The translations under genes and the position numbers were made by a program. The notes under the pieces are model-generated. The model searched no databases and was not told the DNA's origin. It saw only the letters and a list, made by a program, of their open reading frames with translations. A DNA stretch of 64,000 nucleotides, taken from Marsupella aquatica. Taxonomy: Eukaryota > Plantae > Marchantiophyta. Below, piece by piece: positions 26,655-37,325 of the stretch (positions within the stretch are counted from its first letter, which is position 1; each line of letters begins with the position of its first letter). The DNA is taken from the NCBI GenBank assembly GCA_973895155.1, contig OZ316892.1:30200932-30264931 (forward strand), written 5' to 3'.

Positions 26655-29058
26655 CAGGTTAGTCGTATTACTGATTACCTGTCGTGCTGGCGGCGTCACA
26701 TAGCCCCCTACTTAACTATGAAGCGTCCTTGCGAACATCACTATCTGTAGTATCGTCTTGATGATGGTACTTTTTCACATGGTCGTAACAAACTCGCGTG
26801 GGAAGTAAATCGCCGGTGTATGTCACAAGTTTGATGGATCCATTTGGGTAGATTTGATGACAAGGAAAGGTCCCAACCAGCGAGTATGTAATTTCCCAGG
26901 AAATTGTATGTACCAACTATCGTACAGGAGGATGAGGTCCCCTGTCATGACGTCAACCTTTTGTAGTCCTTTGTTGTGCTGCTTCTTGGAAGTTGCCTGT
27001 TGCTCCGCTACGTGTCGAGCGGCTAAGGTTTGGGCTTCTTCCAATGCCTCAATCTAGTAAGCTCTATCTGAAGAACTTTTGGCTTGGGTAAGTGATCCCA
27101 AATACTTATCCATGGTGTGTGAACTTCAAACTTGACTAGGACCAAAGAGTGTTGTCCAAACACAAGAAAGTAAGGACTATGATTGTTAGTAGTCTTGTAG
27201 GCCAAGTTGTACGAGTACACAGCGACGTACAACTTGTCATCCCAATCCGTCTTGTGAGCGCCTACCGTTTTGTTAAGCATCTTCCCGATGATTCCGTTAG
27301 CCCTCTCCATCAGTCCGTTGGCCTTAGGATGGTACGGGGTCATTTTGCAATGTTTGACCAAGTACCACTTAATAAGCCGTTCCACTATCTCATTGATGAA
27401 CTGTGTACTCCGGTCACCGACTAACTCCAATGGGGGTCCAAATCGGGTGAAGATTTGTTCGCATAAGAACTTGGCGCTAGTGGTCGCGTCATCCTTCATG
27501 GTAGCCCAAGCTTCCACCCACTTGGTTGAATAATCGATGGCAAGTAGGATGTACCTACATCGACGTCGGTGAGTGACCAGTGTAAATGGCCCAATGTAAT
27601 CAATGCCTCATTTTTTGAATGGTGCAAGCGGGAGTATGGAGGTGAATGGGTGATTGTGTGATTTCCTCGGGGTGCCGGCCCATTGGTATAAATCGCACCC
27701 TTTAATAATGCATTGTACATCACAATGTAGCGTGGACCACCAATATCCAAAGTCCAGGATCTTGCGGGTAGTAGTGATGGCTGCAAAATGGCCCCCTGCT
27801 TCCTCTTCGTGTAAGGCTCTCATAACAATGAGCGTTTCCTTGTATTTGAGGCAACGCCATAGTTTCCGGTTAACGCCTTCTTTGTGCAAGTGACCTTGTA
27901 TCATCATGTATGGCCCTGCCTTACATAAGAACACAACTGCAAGTTTTGGGTTAACCCTGTCGGGTATCCTTCCAATTAGGAGAAACATAATGATTGCTCC
28001 ATACCAAGTAGGTGTACCCTCCCCTATATGGAATACCTCCTCATGTGGGAAAGCATTGTTGATAGACTGATTGACAGGCACGCCATCTAATCGTGAAAAG
28101 AAATTGGCGTTGAGGTGTGCCTTCCCTGGCCAAACCCAAACTTCGTAATTAAACCCCTATAAGAGCAAAACCCATTTGGCTATCCATCCCTTGACATCTG
28201 CTTTGTTTACCATGTACTTTAGACTATCGTGATCCGTTTGGAAAATGACTTTGTATTTGAGCAGGTAGTGACGGAATTTCTTACACAAATAAAGAATTCC
28301 AAGAGCCTCTCAATCCATAGTGGAATAATTTTTTCTCGATTGTGAATAGCTGACGACTAGCAAAATAGATCATGACCGTCCCCCGGACCGTCCTCGTCAA
28401 GTTGGCTTAGTACGGACCCAATGCAAAACCCCAAAACGTCGACATATACATGGAATTTTTTATTTTAATCCAAAGTCACCATGATGGGTGTTGTGGTGAG
28501 TCGACGCTTGAGTTCCTCAAAGGCAATGCATCTTTGGGGATTTTCTTCAATCACCGCATCCTTCTTCATCATCTCCATTAGTGGTAGCGCAATTTTGGCA
28601 AAATCCTTGATGAAGCAATGATAGTAGCCTATACATCTGAGGAATGATTGTATTGCTTTCTGATCAACGGGGAATACTACCACCATCCAGGCCGCCACCT
28701 TCTCTTGATCCACCTTGATGCCTTGTTTTGAGACACGGTGCAACTTCAAATTTACTGCATTGTTGCAATGTATGGCGTAAATGCTCAAGGTGCATGGCGA
28801 CCGTACCAAATATGGCAAAGTCATCAATGAATATTTCTAAGAATTCTCGCAAGAAGTCATGGAAGATATTCATCATGAGTCTCTGGAACATGGTCAGGCG
28901 TTACAATCCGAATGGCATTCTACAAAATGCAAATGTCTCCCATTCAATGGTGAACGTTGTCTTAAGTTGATCCGACAGTCACATCCAAATTTGATTATAG
29001 CCCGAATACCCGTCTAGAAACGTGTAGATTTCATTACGGGCTACCATGTCCGAGACCA
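26655..29058 (-). mobile_element. Degenerate non-chromovirus Ty3/Gypsy pol (RT-RH-INT) with PPT and start of 3' LTR; same lineage as the 45757-58246 element
   Basis: FLDGYSGYNQIW, FIDDF, EEEAGGHFA, PYHPKANG, KLHTRWLGPF; PPT region TAGCCCCCTACTTAA at 26701 matches 48920. Confidence 0.9.
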
Positions 29059-29173
29059 TGTGAAGTGCCTTGGTCAAGTGGCCCAATTCTAACAATCCTA
29101 ATCACGACGTTATTCTGGGGGCGCTCATGATTGCCTCTTTACTCATGACTTGGTAAAGGTAGTTTACCACTCA

Positions 29174-32100
29174 TACCCCCCGGTCTCTATGCGACTCAAA
29201 TTACTGTAAATTATTCTACAACTGAATCATCAGAAATAACACACCTATGGCACTACCGACTGGGACACCCAGGAGTAAATATGTACCGGAGAATTATCAA
29301 GGACTCCAGAGGAATCCCACAAGGAGTCAACCCATCCACAATGAAACAACAATGCTTAGCCTGTTCTCAGGGGAAGCTGATTACAAGACCACCATTACCA
29401 AAGACGATCCATGCTATCCCGAATTTTTTGGAACACCTGAACGCAGATGTATGTGGGCCAATACACCCACCCAGTGGACCGTTTAAGTACTTCCTGGCCA
29501 TAATTGACTCATCGACTAAATGGTTACAAGTATCCCTCCTTTCTAGTCGAAACTTAGTCTTTGCACGAATCTTAGCCAATATATTAAAACTTAAAGCACA
29601 GTTCCCAGAAAATCCAATCCAGAAACTGAGAGTGGATGGAGCAGGGGAATTTACCTCCAAAGTATTCAATGATTTCTGCTGGACGGCGGGAATTGACACA
29701 GAATACTCAGTTCCCTACGTCCATTTTCAAAACGGAATTGCCGAATCCGTTATAAAGCGTATCCAAATGATTACTCGACCACTCCTACTGAACTCCAAGT
29801 TACCCCTCTCCGCATGGGGACATGCAGTCCTCCACGCCACCACATTGTTGAAGTACAGGCCCTCAACGTTTAATACCAAAACTCCACACCACTTAGTGTT
29901 CGGATTACCCCCTGACCTGTCACATCTGTGCGTCTTTGGATGCAAAGTGATGGTCCCCATCCTTGGGCCAAAGCGCACTAAAATAGGACCTCAAAGACAG
30001 GAAGGCATCTACGTTGGCTACGACTCCTCATCCATAATCCGTTACCTGGAACCGACCACTGCAGACCTATTTAAAGCCAGATACGCAGACTGTCACTTCT
30101 ATGAAGATTCATTCCCCCAGTTACTTACAGAAAAACCATTGACGAGGGATACACCTCCACAAAGCATAAATTGGAACAGTCGAAACTTACTCAACCAGGA
30201 CCCGCGAACGAAGCGAGCGGATGAGGAAGTCCGCAGACTACTACACCTCCAAGAAATGTTGGACAAGATCCCCGACGCCTTTAATGATGCAGCCAACATT
30301 ACAAGATCCCATGTAGAGGCAGCAAACGTACCAGCTCGATTACAACCTGCCACAAAATCAGCAATGGAGACCATGGCAAAGAAAAAAAGAGGTAGGCCAC
30401 CAGAATCTAGAGACTCCCGACCACGCTAGAGACTCCCTCATCAGGTACTACCTGAAACCACGATGCATGCTATTACTAATGAACCAGATAGATCTAACGT
30501 ACCAGATAATGAAGAAATGGCCATCCCATACCAATACATCGGACAAATCTATAAAAGACCCAACACTGTCGTTGATGCACAATTCGCCTATCACATAGCT
30601 CAGCAAATATCAACTGACACTCCGGACCCCCTAACCATTAAAGAAGCACAAGCGAGGTCGGATTGGCCACAGTGGCAAGAGGCCATTAACACTGAAATGG
30701 ATGCATTGATCCGTAGGCATGTCTTTGGCCCGTTAAAACAAGTCCAACCTAACAATGATTACACAGACAGCAGATTCACATTTGTCAGAAAGAGAAATGC
30801 CAAAGGAGATGTCATTAGATACCGCGCACGCTTAGTAGCGAAAGGCTACACTCAAATCCCGGGAAGGGATTATGATTTGACCTATTCACCTGTTATGGAT
30901 GTGACTACATTCAAGTATCTTATAGCTTTCTCTCGAAAACACCAACTCTGTAATATACTAATGGACGTTGTAACAGCGTACCTATATGGAGTACTAGACT
31001 CCAAAATTTTCATGAAAGCCCCAAAAGAACTACTCGCAAGAGTGACAGAACATGTCCAAGGGAAACATTTCCAGAACTTGAGTAAGGACATGAAGTTGGG
31101 AATACGACAGATTGTACCAAATGAGAAGCTCAAAGGCCTAGTGTTGAGCAGTGGCAACACAAATAAAGATCCACTCCAGCACCCCAGAAAAAGTGGGACT
31201 GGACAGCAGGCGTTTGCTGTGCAAGTCCTGAAATCCATCAACGGGTTAAAACAAAGTGGACGCATCTGGTACCAGAAGTTTAAAACTGAGATGCAAACCC
31301 TTGGATTTATCAACAACGATATCGCACCGTGCATATTCATCAAACACATCGATACAGAATTCGTCATCCTCGCCCTATACGTCGACGATGTCAACTTATT
31401 TGGTACTCCACAACTCTTACGCAAAACTATTAATACAATGAAGAGTATTTTTGAGATGAAAGAAATTGGAGAGCCGACATACTGCTTAGGACTACAATTT
31501 GAATACCTGCAAACTGGCACATTTATTAGTCAATCAACCTATACCAAGAAGATCATTCGACAATTTCATATGCACAATGCATATCCTGTGTCCACACCCA
31601 TGGAGATGCGGTCATTGGACACAGCTAAGGACATGTTCAGGCGACGACAGGAGAATGAACCAGCCCTTGACTCGGATAAGCCATACCTATCAGCCATTGG
31701 CGCCCTTCTCTACCTGGCAAACAATACAAGACCGGATATCTCCTTCGCAGTAAGCTTACTGGCACGACACAGTGCACATCCAACTATTCGGCATTGGAAC
31801 GGCGTGAAAAGGGTATTCCGCTACCTTCAAGGCTCAATAGATATGGGCCTTTTCTTCCCAAACGACAACCCAGATGAACTCATCGGTTATGTAGATGCGG
31901 GGTACCTCTCTGACCCACAGGACTCGAAGTCACAGACTGGCTACGTTTTCCTGCAAGGGAGAACTGCCATATCCTGGAGGAGTACGAAACAGAGCATGAC
32001 CACAACCTCCTCGAATCACGCAGAAGTCATCTCTCTCTATGAAGCATGTCGTGAGGCGATATGGCTCCGCAGTATTATCAACTATATCCTGAAACAAACA

Positions 32101-32945
32101 GGCAAAACGATATTGACCAAACCAACAATTATTTACGAAGACAATAAAGCATGCGTCGACCAAATTGTTGCAGGCTACATGAAGACAGATCGGACCAAAC
32201 ATATTGATCCAAAATTCTTTTTTACGCACGAACAGAGTGGAAACCAGATCCAGGTGAAGTGGATCCGTTCACAAGACAATTGCGCCGATCTTTTTACGAA
32301 GCCCTTACTTGCGGGACCCCATCGACAGCACGTTACCGCCATTGGAATGTGTCGACTCTCTACCCTACTTTCCCCCACTGCCGATGCACCCCACCAAGCA
32401 GATGCTTGAAAAACGAAACGAGGACTTCGGAATTTGGGTTTCGACCTTTCCCCCCAACACCTCCCTGTTTACCAAATACCCGACCTAAACTATACACATA
32501 TACCTCCGACTTTACACCATTACTTCGATTCAATTAACCATTCGGGCATAAGACATTATACTTTTAGACATAGTGAACTACTCTTACTCTAAAGTTACCC
32601 TAAATTTTAACATACCTTAGAATTTAATAGGATAATTCATCATATAGAACATACATTTTATGGACCAAAATTCTAATGATGGTAGTACTCTTCCTTGAGA
32701 AGAAAGCAACAAGTTTTAATGAGGCTACATCAAAAGTGGATTCCATTTTACACTAGGGTTAAAAGTGTGGTTACTTGACACCCCGTCCAATTAACCAAGG
32801 GGAAGTGTCATAAACCATAGTTTACTTTAACCCTAGACTAGAGTAGGTTAACCTTAACCCAATATGTTAACCTCTTAGGACTATATAAGTCCTTGATATA
32901 ATGGAAGTGTGTGGAAGATTACAATCATCTACTTTGTTTACAACA
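29174..32945 (+). mobile_element. Bianca-lineage Ty1/Copia, 3' half (integrase, RT, RNase H, PPT, LTR)
   Basis: LWHYRLGHPG, ADVCGP, RVDGAGEF, RARLVAKGYTQIPG, YVDDV, KHIDPKFF; ORFs 29281-30429 and 30463-32409 share a frame across one TAG; PPT AAGGGGAAG. Confidence 0.93.
32806..32945 (+). repeat. 3' LTR of the Bianca element
   Basis: Identical, inverted copy of 23473-23612; followed by GCAAA (reverse complement of TTTGC). Confidence 0.93.
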
Positions 32946-33259
32946 GCAAAAACATCAAACTTATTGTGTAGAAAGTATATCCACACATACCTTGAGTAAT
33001 CGTCAATGAACGTGACATAGTATAACCGTCCAAAATGTGAGGGAGTAGGGGCGGGGCCCCACACATCACTATGTACATACTCAAGTACCTCTTTGCTGGT
33101 GTGAGTTCCAACTCCAAAGGGTTTCCTGTGCTGCTTCCCTAGCACACAGTGCTCACAAAATCCAACTTACAAGATTGCAAATTAGAAAGTAATCCTTTCT
33201 TCTGAAGAATAACCAAACCTTTTTCACTCATGTGGCCCAAACGGAAGTGCCATAGCCGG
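32946..33259 (-). pseudogene. GAG-pre-integrase/integrase N-terminus of the host Copia
   Basis: LWHFRLGHMS...CEHCVLGKQHR...VHSDVWGP...FIDDYSRYVWIYFLHNKFDVFA joins FATFKEWKAQVENQ at 23613. Confidence 0.88.
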
Positions 33260-33827
33260 TGTCATGAGGTTTCCATCCTAAAGGAAGAATCCTCATGTTT
33301 TGTGAAGGAAGTTGAAACCTATTTTGCTTCTAACTTGGGCAAGTTGACTTGACTTGAGCTAACTTGACCAAGGTGAAGGAGGTTGTAGAGTTATGAGGGT
33401 CAAGGTAGGGATGAGGTCAAGCCTACCCACCCTTGTTACTATTGTGGGGTATGTTTTTCATTTGTGACCAGCGATTAAGTTATCATTTGGCGGATTGGCG
33501 GAATGGAGGTTGCTTGCTCAACAAGCAAGGTATTTAGGGTTTTGGCAACATGGTGACCAGGTTCATTGAATACATGGAGGAGGTGACCAGGTTCAAGGCA
33601 TGTAAGAGGGTTTGGTCCAAGTGCATCAGTTTTGTGAGATTTGGACCAGATTCAGATTTTTGTGTTAAATGGACCAGATTCAATGTATCTACTTCAACGG
33701 TGGATCTTGGTTTTGGTTAATGGATGGTTTGGATTGAAGGTGGAGATGTGAGTTAGGGCTTGGTGGAGGTTGTGGCTTTTTCAAAAAGATCAGCCTATTC
33801 ATTAAAAGTGTATTATTATTTGATTTA

Positions 33828-34152
33828 TGTACATTTGGGCAATGAAAAGTGTACTTTGGGGCTTGGAAAAGTGTACATTTGACCAATGAAAAGTGTACAT
33901 TTGGGGATAAAAAAGTGTACAATTGGTCTAAAGAGTGTATATTTGGGCAATGAAAAGTGTACATTTGAGCATCAAAATATGTACATTTGGCTTAAAAAAT
34001 GTACATTTTAGTACATTTGGCCTAGAAAGTGTACATTTGAGTGAAAAAAGGATACATTTGGCTTAAAAAGTGTACATTTCAATGCATTTAGTCTAGAAAG
34101 TGTAGCTTTGAGTGCAACAAAGAGTACATTTGGCCTAAAAAGTGTACATTTT
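33828..34152 (+). repeat. Left subterminal array, ~22-bp period, core AAAGTGTACATTT
   Basis: About 14-15 imperfect copies just inside the left TIR. Confidence 0.85.
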
Positions 34153-34372
34153 CCTGAAAACTTTTATTGTAATCATTTAAAATAAAGAAATTAATAAAAA
34201 ATATTTTTAATTATGCAGAAAAAATAAACATTCATATTCATAATAATCAAAAGTTTAGAAAATGAGTAGATAGTCTACTAAGTAACTAAACACTCAATGG
34301 CATGGTCTCACAATATATATAACTCTTACATAAAAACTAGTAACTATCTAATTATATCTTAGCTAGTGACAA

Positions 34373-36900
34373 CTAAGTGTACTTGTCCATCCTTTGGAGA
34401 TAACTTTGGACAGTTTGTAGAACATTTCGAGGAATCTTCAAACCTCTGCCAACCATGTTTTCTTCCTTCATTCCAGATTTAAAACCATACATTGCAGAAT
34501 TTGCATACTGCCAATGTTGAGTGTTCTCACCAAATCCTGGATCTCGTTCCCATGTCTTGGTGGACATGAAACAATTGAGATACCTAGCACTCTCACTCAC
34601 ATCAAGTTTAGAGTGTTTAGGCCTCCACCATTCCACGGGGAACATTGGAGCATATTGTTGAGTCAAAGGAGGGTCTCTTGAAGATGCAATTGGGACTTCA
34701 TGCTTAGGGTCCACCTGACCCAAAGCTCTCACCAACCAGAAATGACCTCCACCATTTTTCTTCTCCCAATCATCCTCGGGTCGAAGAAACACAAAGTTTC
34801 CTTCACAAATATCTTGGAGGGGAATCCACCGTCCTTGTTCTCTCTCAGCTCGAGATCCAACAAATGGTGCTGCTTGATCTTCCATCTCTTCCAAGACTTC
34901 ATTTTGAAGAGCTGTCATCTCTGCATTCTCCTCATCTTCACTTAGAGGACCACTCTGTTCGCATGCCGATTGGTTGACCTTGTAACCAGTGTTGTGGTTA
35001 GTCTTAGGCCAAAATCCATTTTTCAATGGAAATTGATTATTTCCCTCCCCTTCCATTGCAAGCCCATTTGACAACAGCTCCACAATTCTTTCCCAATATT
35101 TAACAAGAGGAAATCTTTCCTTATTTTCTGAACTGTCCCACAACCGACATCATATCCATCAATTGTCAAGGTCACATCATCACCTCTTGAAAACCTTCCA
35201 GTCATTCTCGGATTTAGTAACCTGCACAATTTTCAGAAAAACCATCACAAATCCGAATGACAAGAATTTGAAGAGACTCACAGTTATCCATACGGTCATT
35301 TGATTGCCATTCCGAGAATCCAAACATTGGCTCAACTATCACGCTTGGATTGGGGTGGTCCAAATCAAAACCATGAAGATTGTATTCTGAAGGTCAAATT
35401 TAAGCATCTTGCTTGAATTGGGATCGTCCGAATCCAAACCAACCTCTATCCAACACACCTTCTTGGATTTGGATGGTCCGAATCCAAACCCAGATGGGAT
35501 CCCAAAGGTCCCAATTCAACAAACGCGCTTGGATTGGGATGGTCCGAATCCAAACCCAGATTTTATTTCAAAGGTCCCAATTTGAGCACCGGGCTTGGAT
35601 TCGGATGGTCCGAATCCAAAACCAGATTGTATTTCAAAGGTCCGAATCCAACCCACCATCTTGGATTTGGATGGTCCAAATCCAAACACAGATTCTATCC
35701 CGAAGGTCCCAATTCAACAAACCGGCTTGGATTGGGATGGTGCGCGAATCCAAACCCAGATTGTATTTCAAGGTCCCAATTTAAGCATCGGACTTGGATT
35801 CGGATGGTTCAAATCCAAAACCAGACTGTATTTCAAACGCCCAAATTCAACCATCTCGCTTGGATTGGGATGGTCCGAATCCAAACTGAGATTGGATCCC
35901 AAAGGTCACAATTTAAGCATTGCACGCTTGGATTCGGACCATCCGAATCCAAAACCAGACTGTATTTAAAACGCCCAAATTCAACCATCTCGCTTGGATT
36001 GGGATGGTCCGAATCCAAACCGAGATTGGATCCCAAAGGCCACAATTTAAGCATTGCACGCTTGGATTCGGATGGTCCGAATCCAACACACCCTCTTGGA
36101 TTCGGACCATCCAAATCAAAAACCAGACTGTATTTACCATCTCGCTTGGATTGGGATGGTCCGAATCCAAACCGAGATTGGATCCCAAAGGTCACAATTT
36201 AAGCATTGCACGGTTGGATTCGGATGGTCCGAATCCAACACACCCTCTTGGATTCGGACCATCTGAATCCAAACCAAGATTGGAATCTGATCAGATGGTC
36301 CCAATCCTAGAAATGGATTGGATTTGGATCATCCAAATCCAAACAACAATCTAGGATTAGGACCATTATAATCCACACATCAAGTCTGGATTCAAATGGT
36401 CTAACTCCACAATGAAGATTATGTTGAGATGGATATATTGAGATTGAGATCTCTTCCTAATCAAATTTAGACATTCCGGGTTTTTCGGAACATTGGGTAA
36501 TTCATGAAATAATAATTGGGAAGTCACTAGAATGCAGAACAAAGTGAAAGGGTTCGTCTCTCTTCCCTAAGAACTCAAAATAAGCAAAGCAACTAAGACC
36601 ATAACTCACCTCAGCAGTCTTGTTTTTCCAGTATGTCTCCAAGGTTGGCTCTGCTACCTCTAAATTGATGAATAAGTTCATATCAATCTGACTAAGAAAG
36701 CTATCAAAGCCACTTCAAGTCTAAACTCCATCAGAGAGAAGAGCTGAGGAGGAGTTGCGTAGACCTGGATGCCCAAGTGAAGATATGAAACTAAAACAAC
36801 AATGATGTCCGCAGAGTACCTCTTATACTCGTGGGTTGGTATGTTCGGCCTTGAATGTGCGATCCGATAAGGTTGAGGCAACACCGAGTATCGCGGTTAG
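34373..36900 (-). pseudogene. Spliced gene remnant, possibly the C-terminal part of a transposase
   Basis: ORF 34373-35143 (KYWE...GFWP...PFVG...FVFLRP...FWLVRA...VEWW); phase-0 intron 36609 to 35222 (GAG|GTGAGT ... TGCAG|GTT) joins YWKNKTAE|VTKSENDWK; several TGA stops; no DDE core visible. Confidence 0.45.
35345..36345. repeat. Array of ~18 copies of a 25-bp palindrome with related ~10-43-bp spacers; intronic
   Basis: TTGGATT(C/G/T)GGA-tgg/cca-TCCGAATCCAA recurring mostly every 65-68 bp. Confidence 0.9.
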
Positions 36901-37325
36901 AACAATCATCCAATCCTTTTTCAATCCATTGTGTCAGACAATACAGCTAGCGTCCCACCCAAACTGATAGGACCAGATCCCTTCTTGGTCTCTATCCGTA
37001 CAGAGATGATCCGTACAGAGATGATCCGTGCAGCGATCATCCGTACGCAAACAAGCCTTTCAGGAGGGGGTAAAGGGAGGACGAGGTCTTCCACAGACCT
37101 CATTGTTGTTTTCTCTCTGTCGCTCCTCACTCTCGCTCCTCCCTCTCGCTCCTCACTCTCGCTCTAGCTCCTCATTCTCGTTCCTCGCTCTCGCTCTTGG
37201 CTGGCTGCCGCCGCTATCCCTTGCCCTTGCCCTAATTGCCTTCTTGCCCTAATCTGCTGCAACGCCCTAGATCTTGCCCATCTTGACGTGTCCTCAGTAT
37301 ATCCTGCCACGTGTCACTCCTAAAA

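Noticed and set aside
33789-33790. Alternative reading of element ends as CAG...CTG with a 2-bp AT duplication (Tc1/mariner-like)
   Set aside because: Tc1/mariner duplicates TA, not AT, and AAAG flanks both ends; the boundary cannot be settled without other copies.
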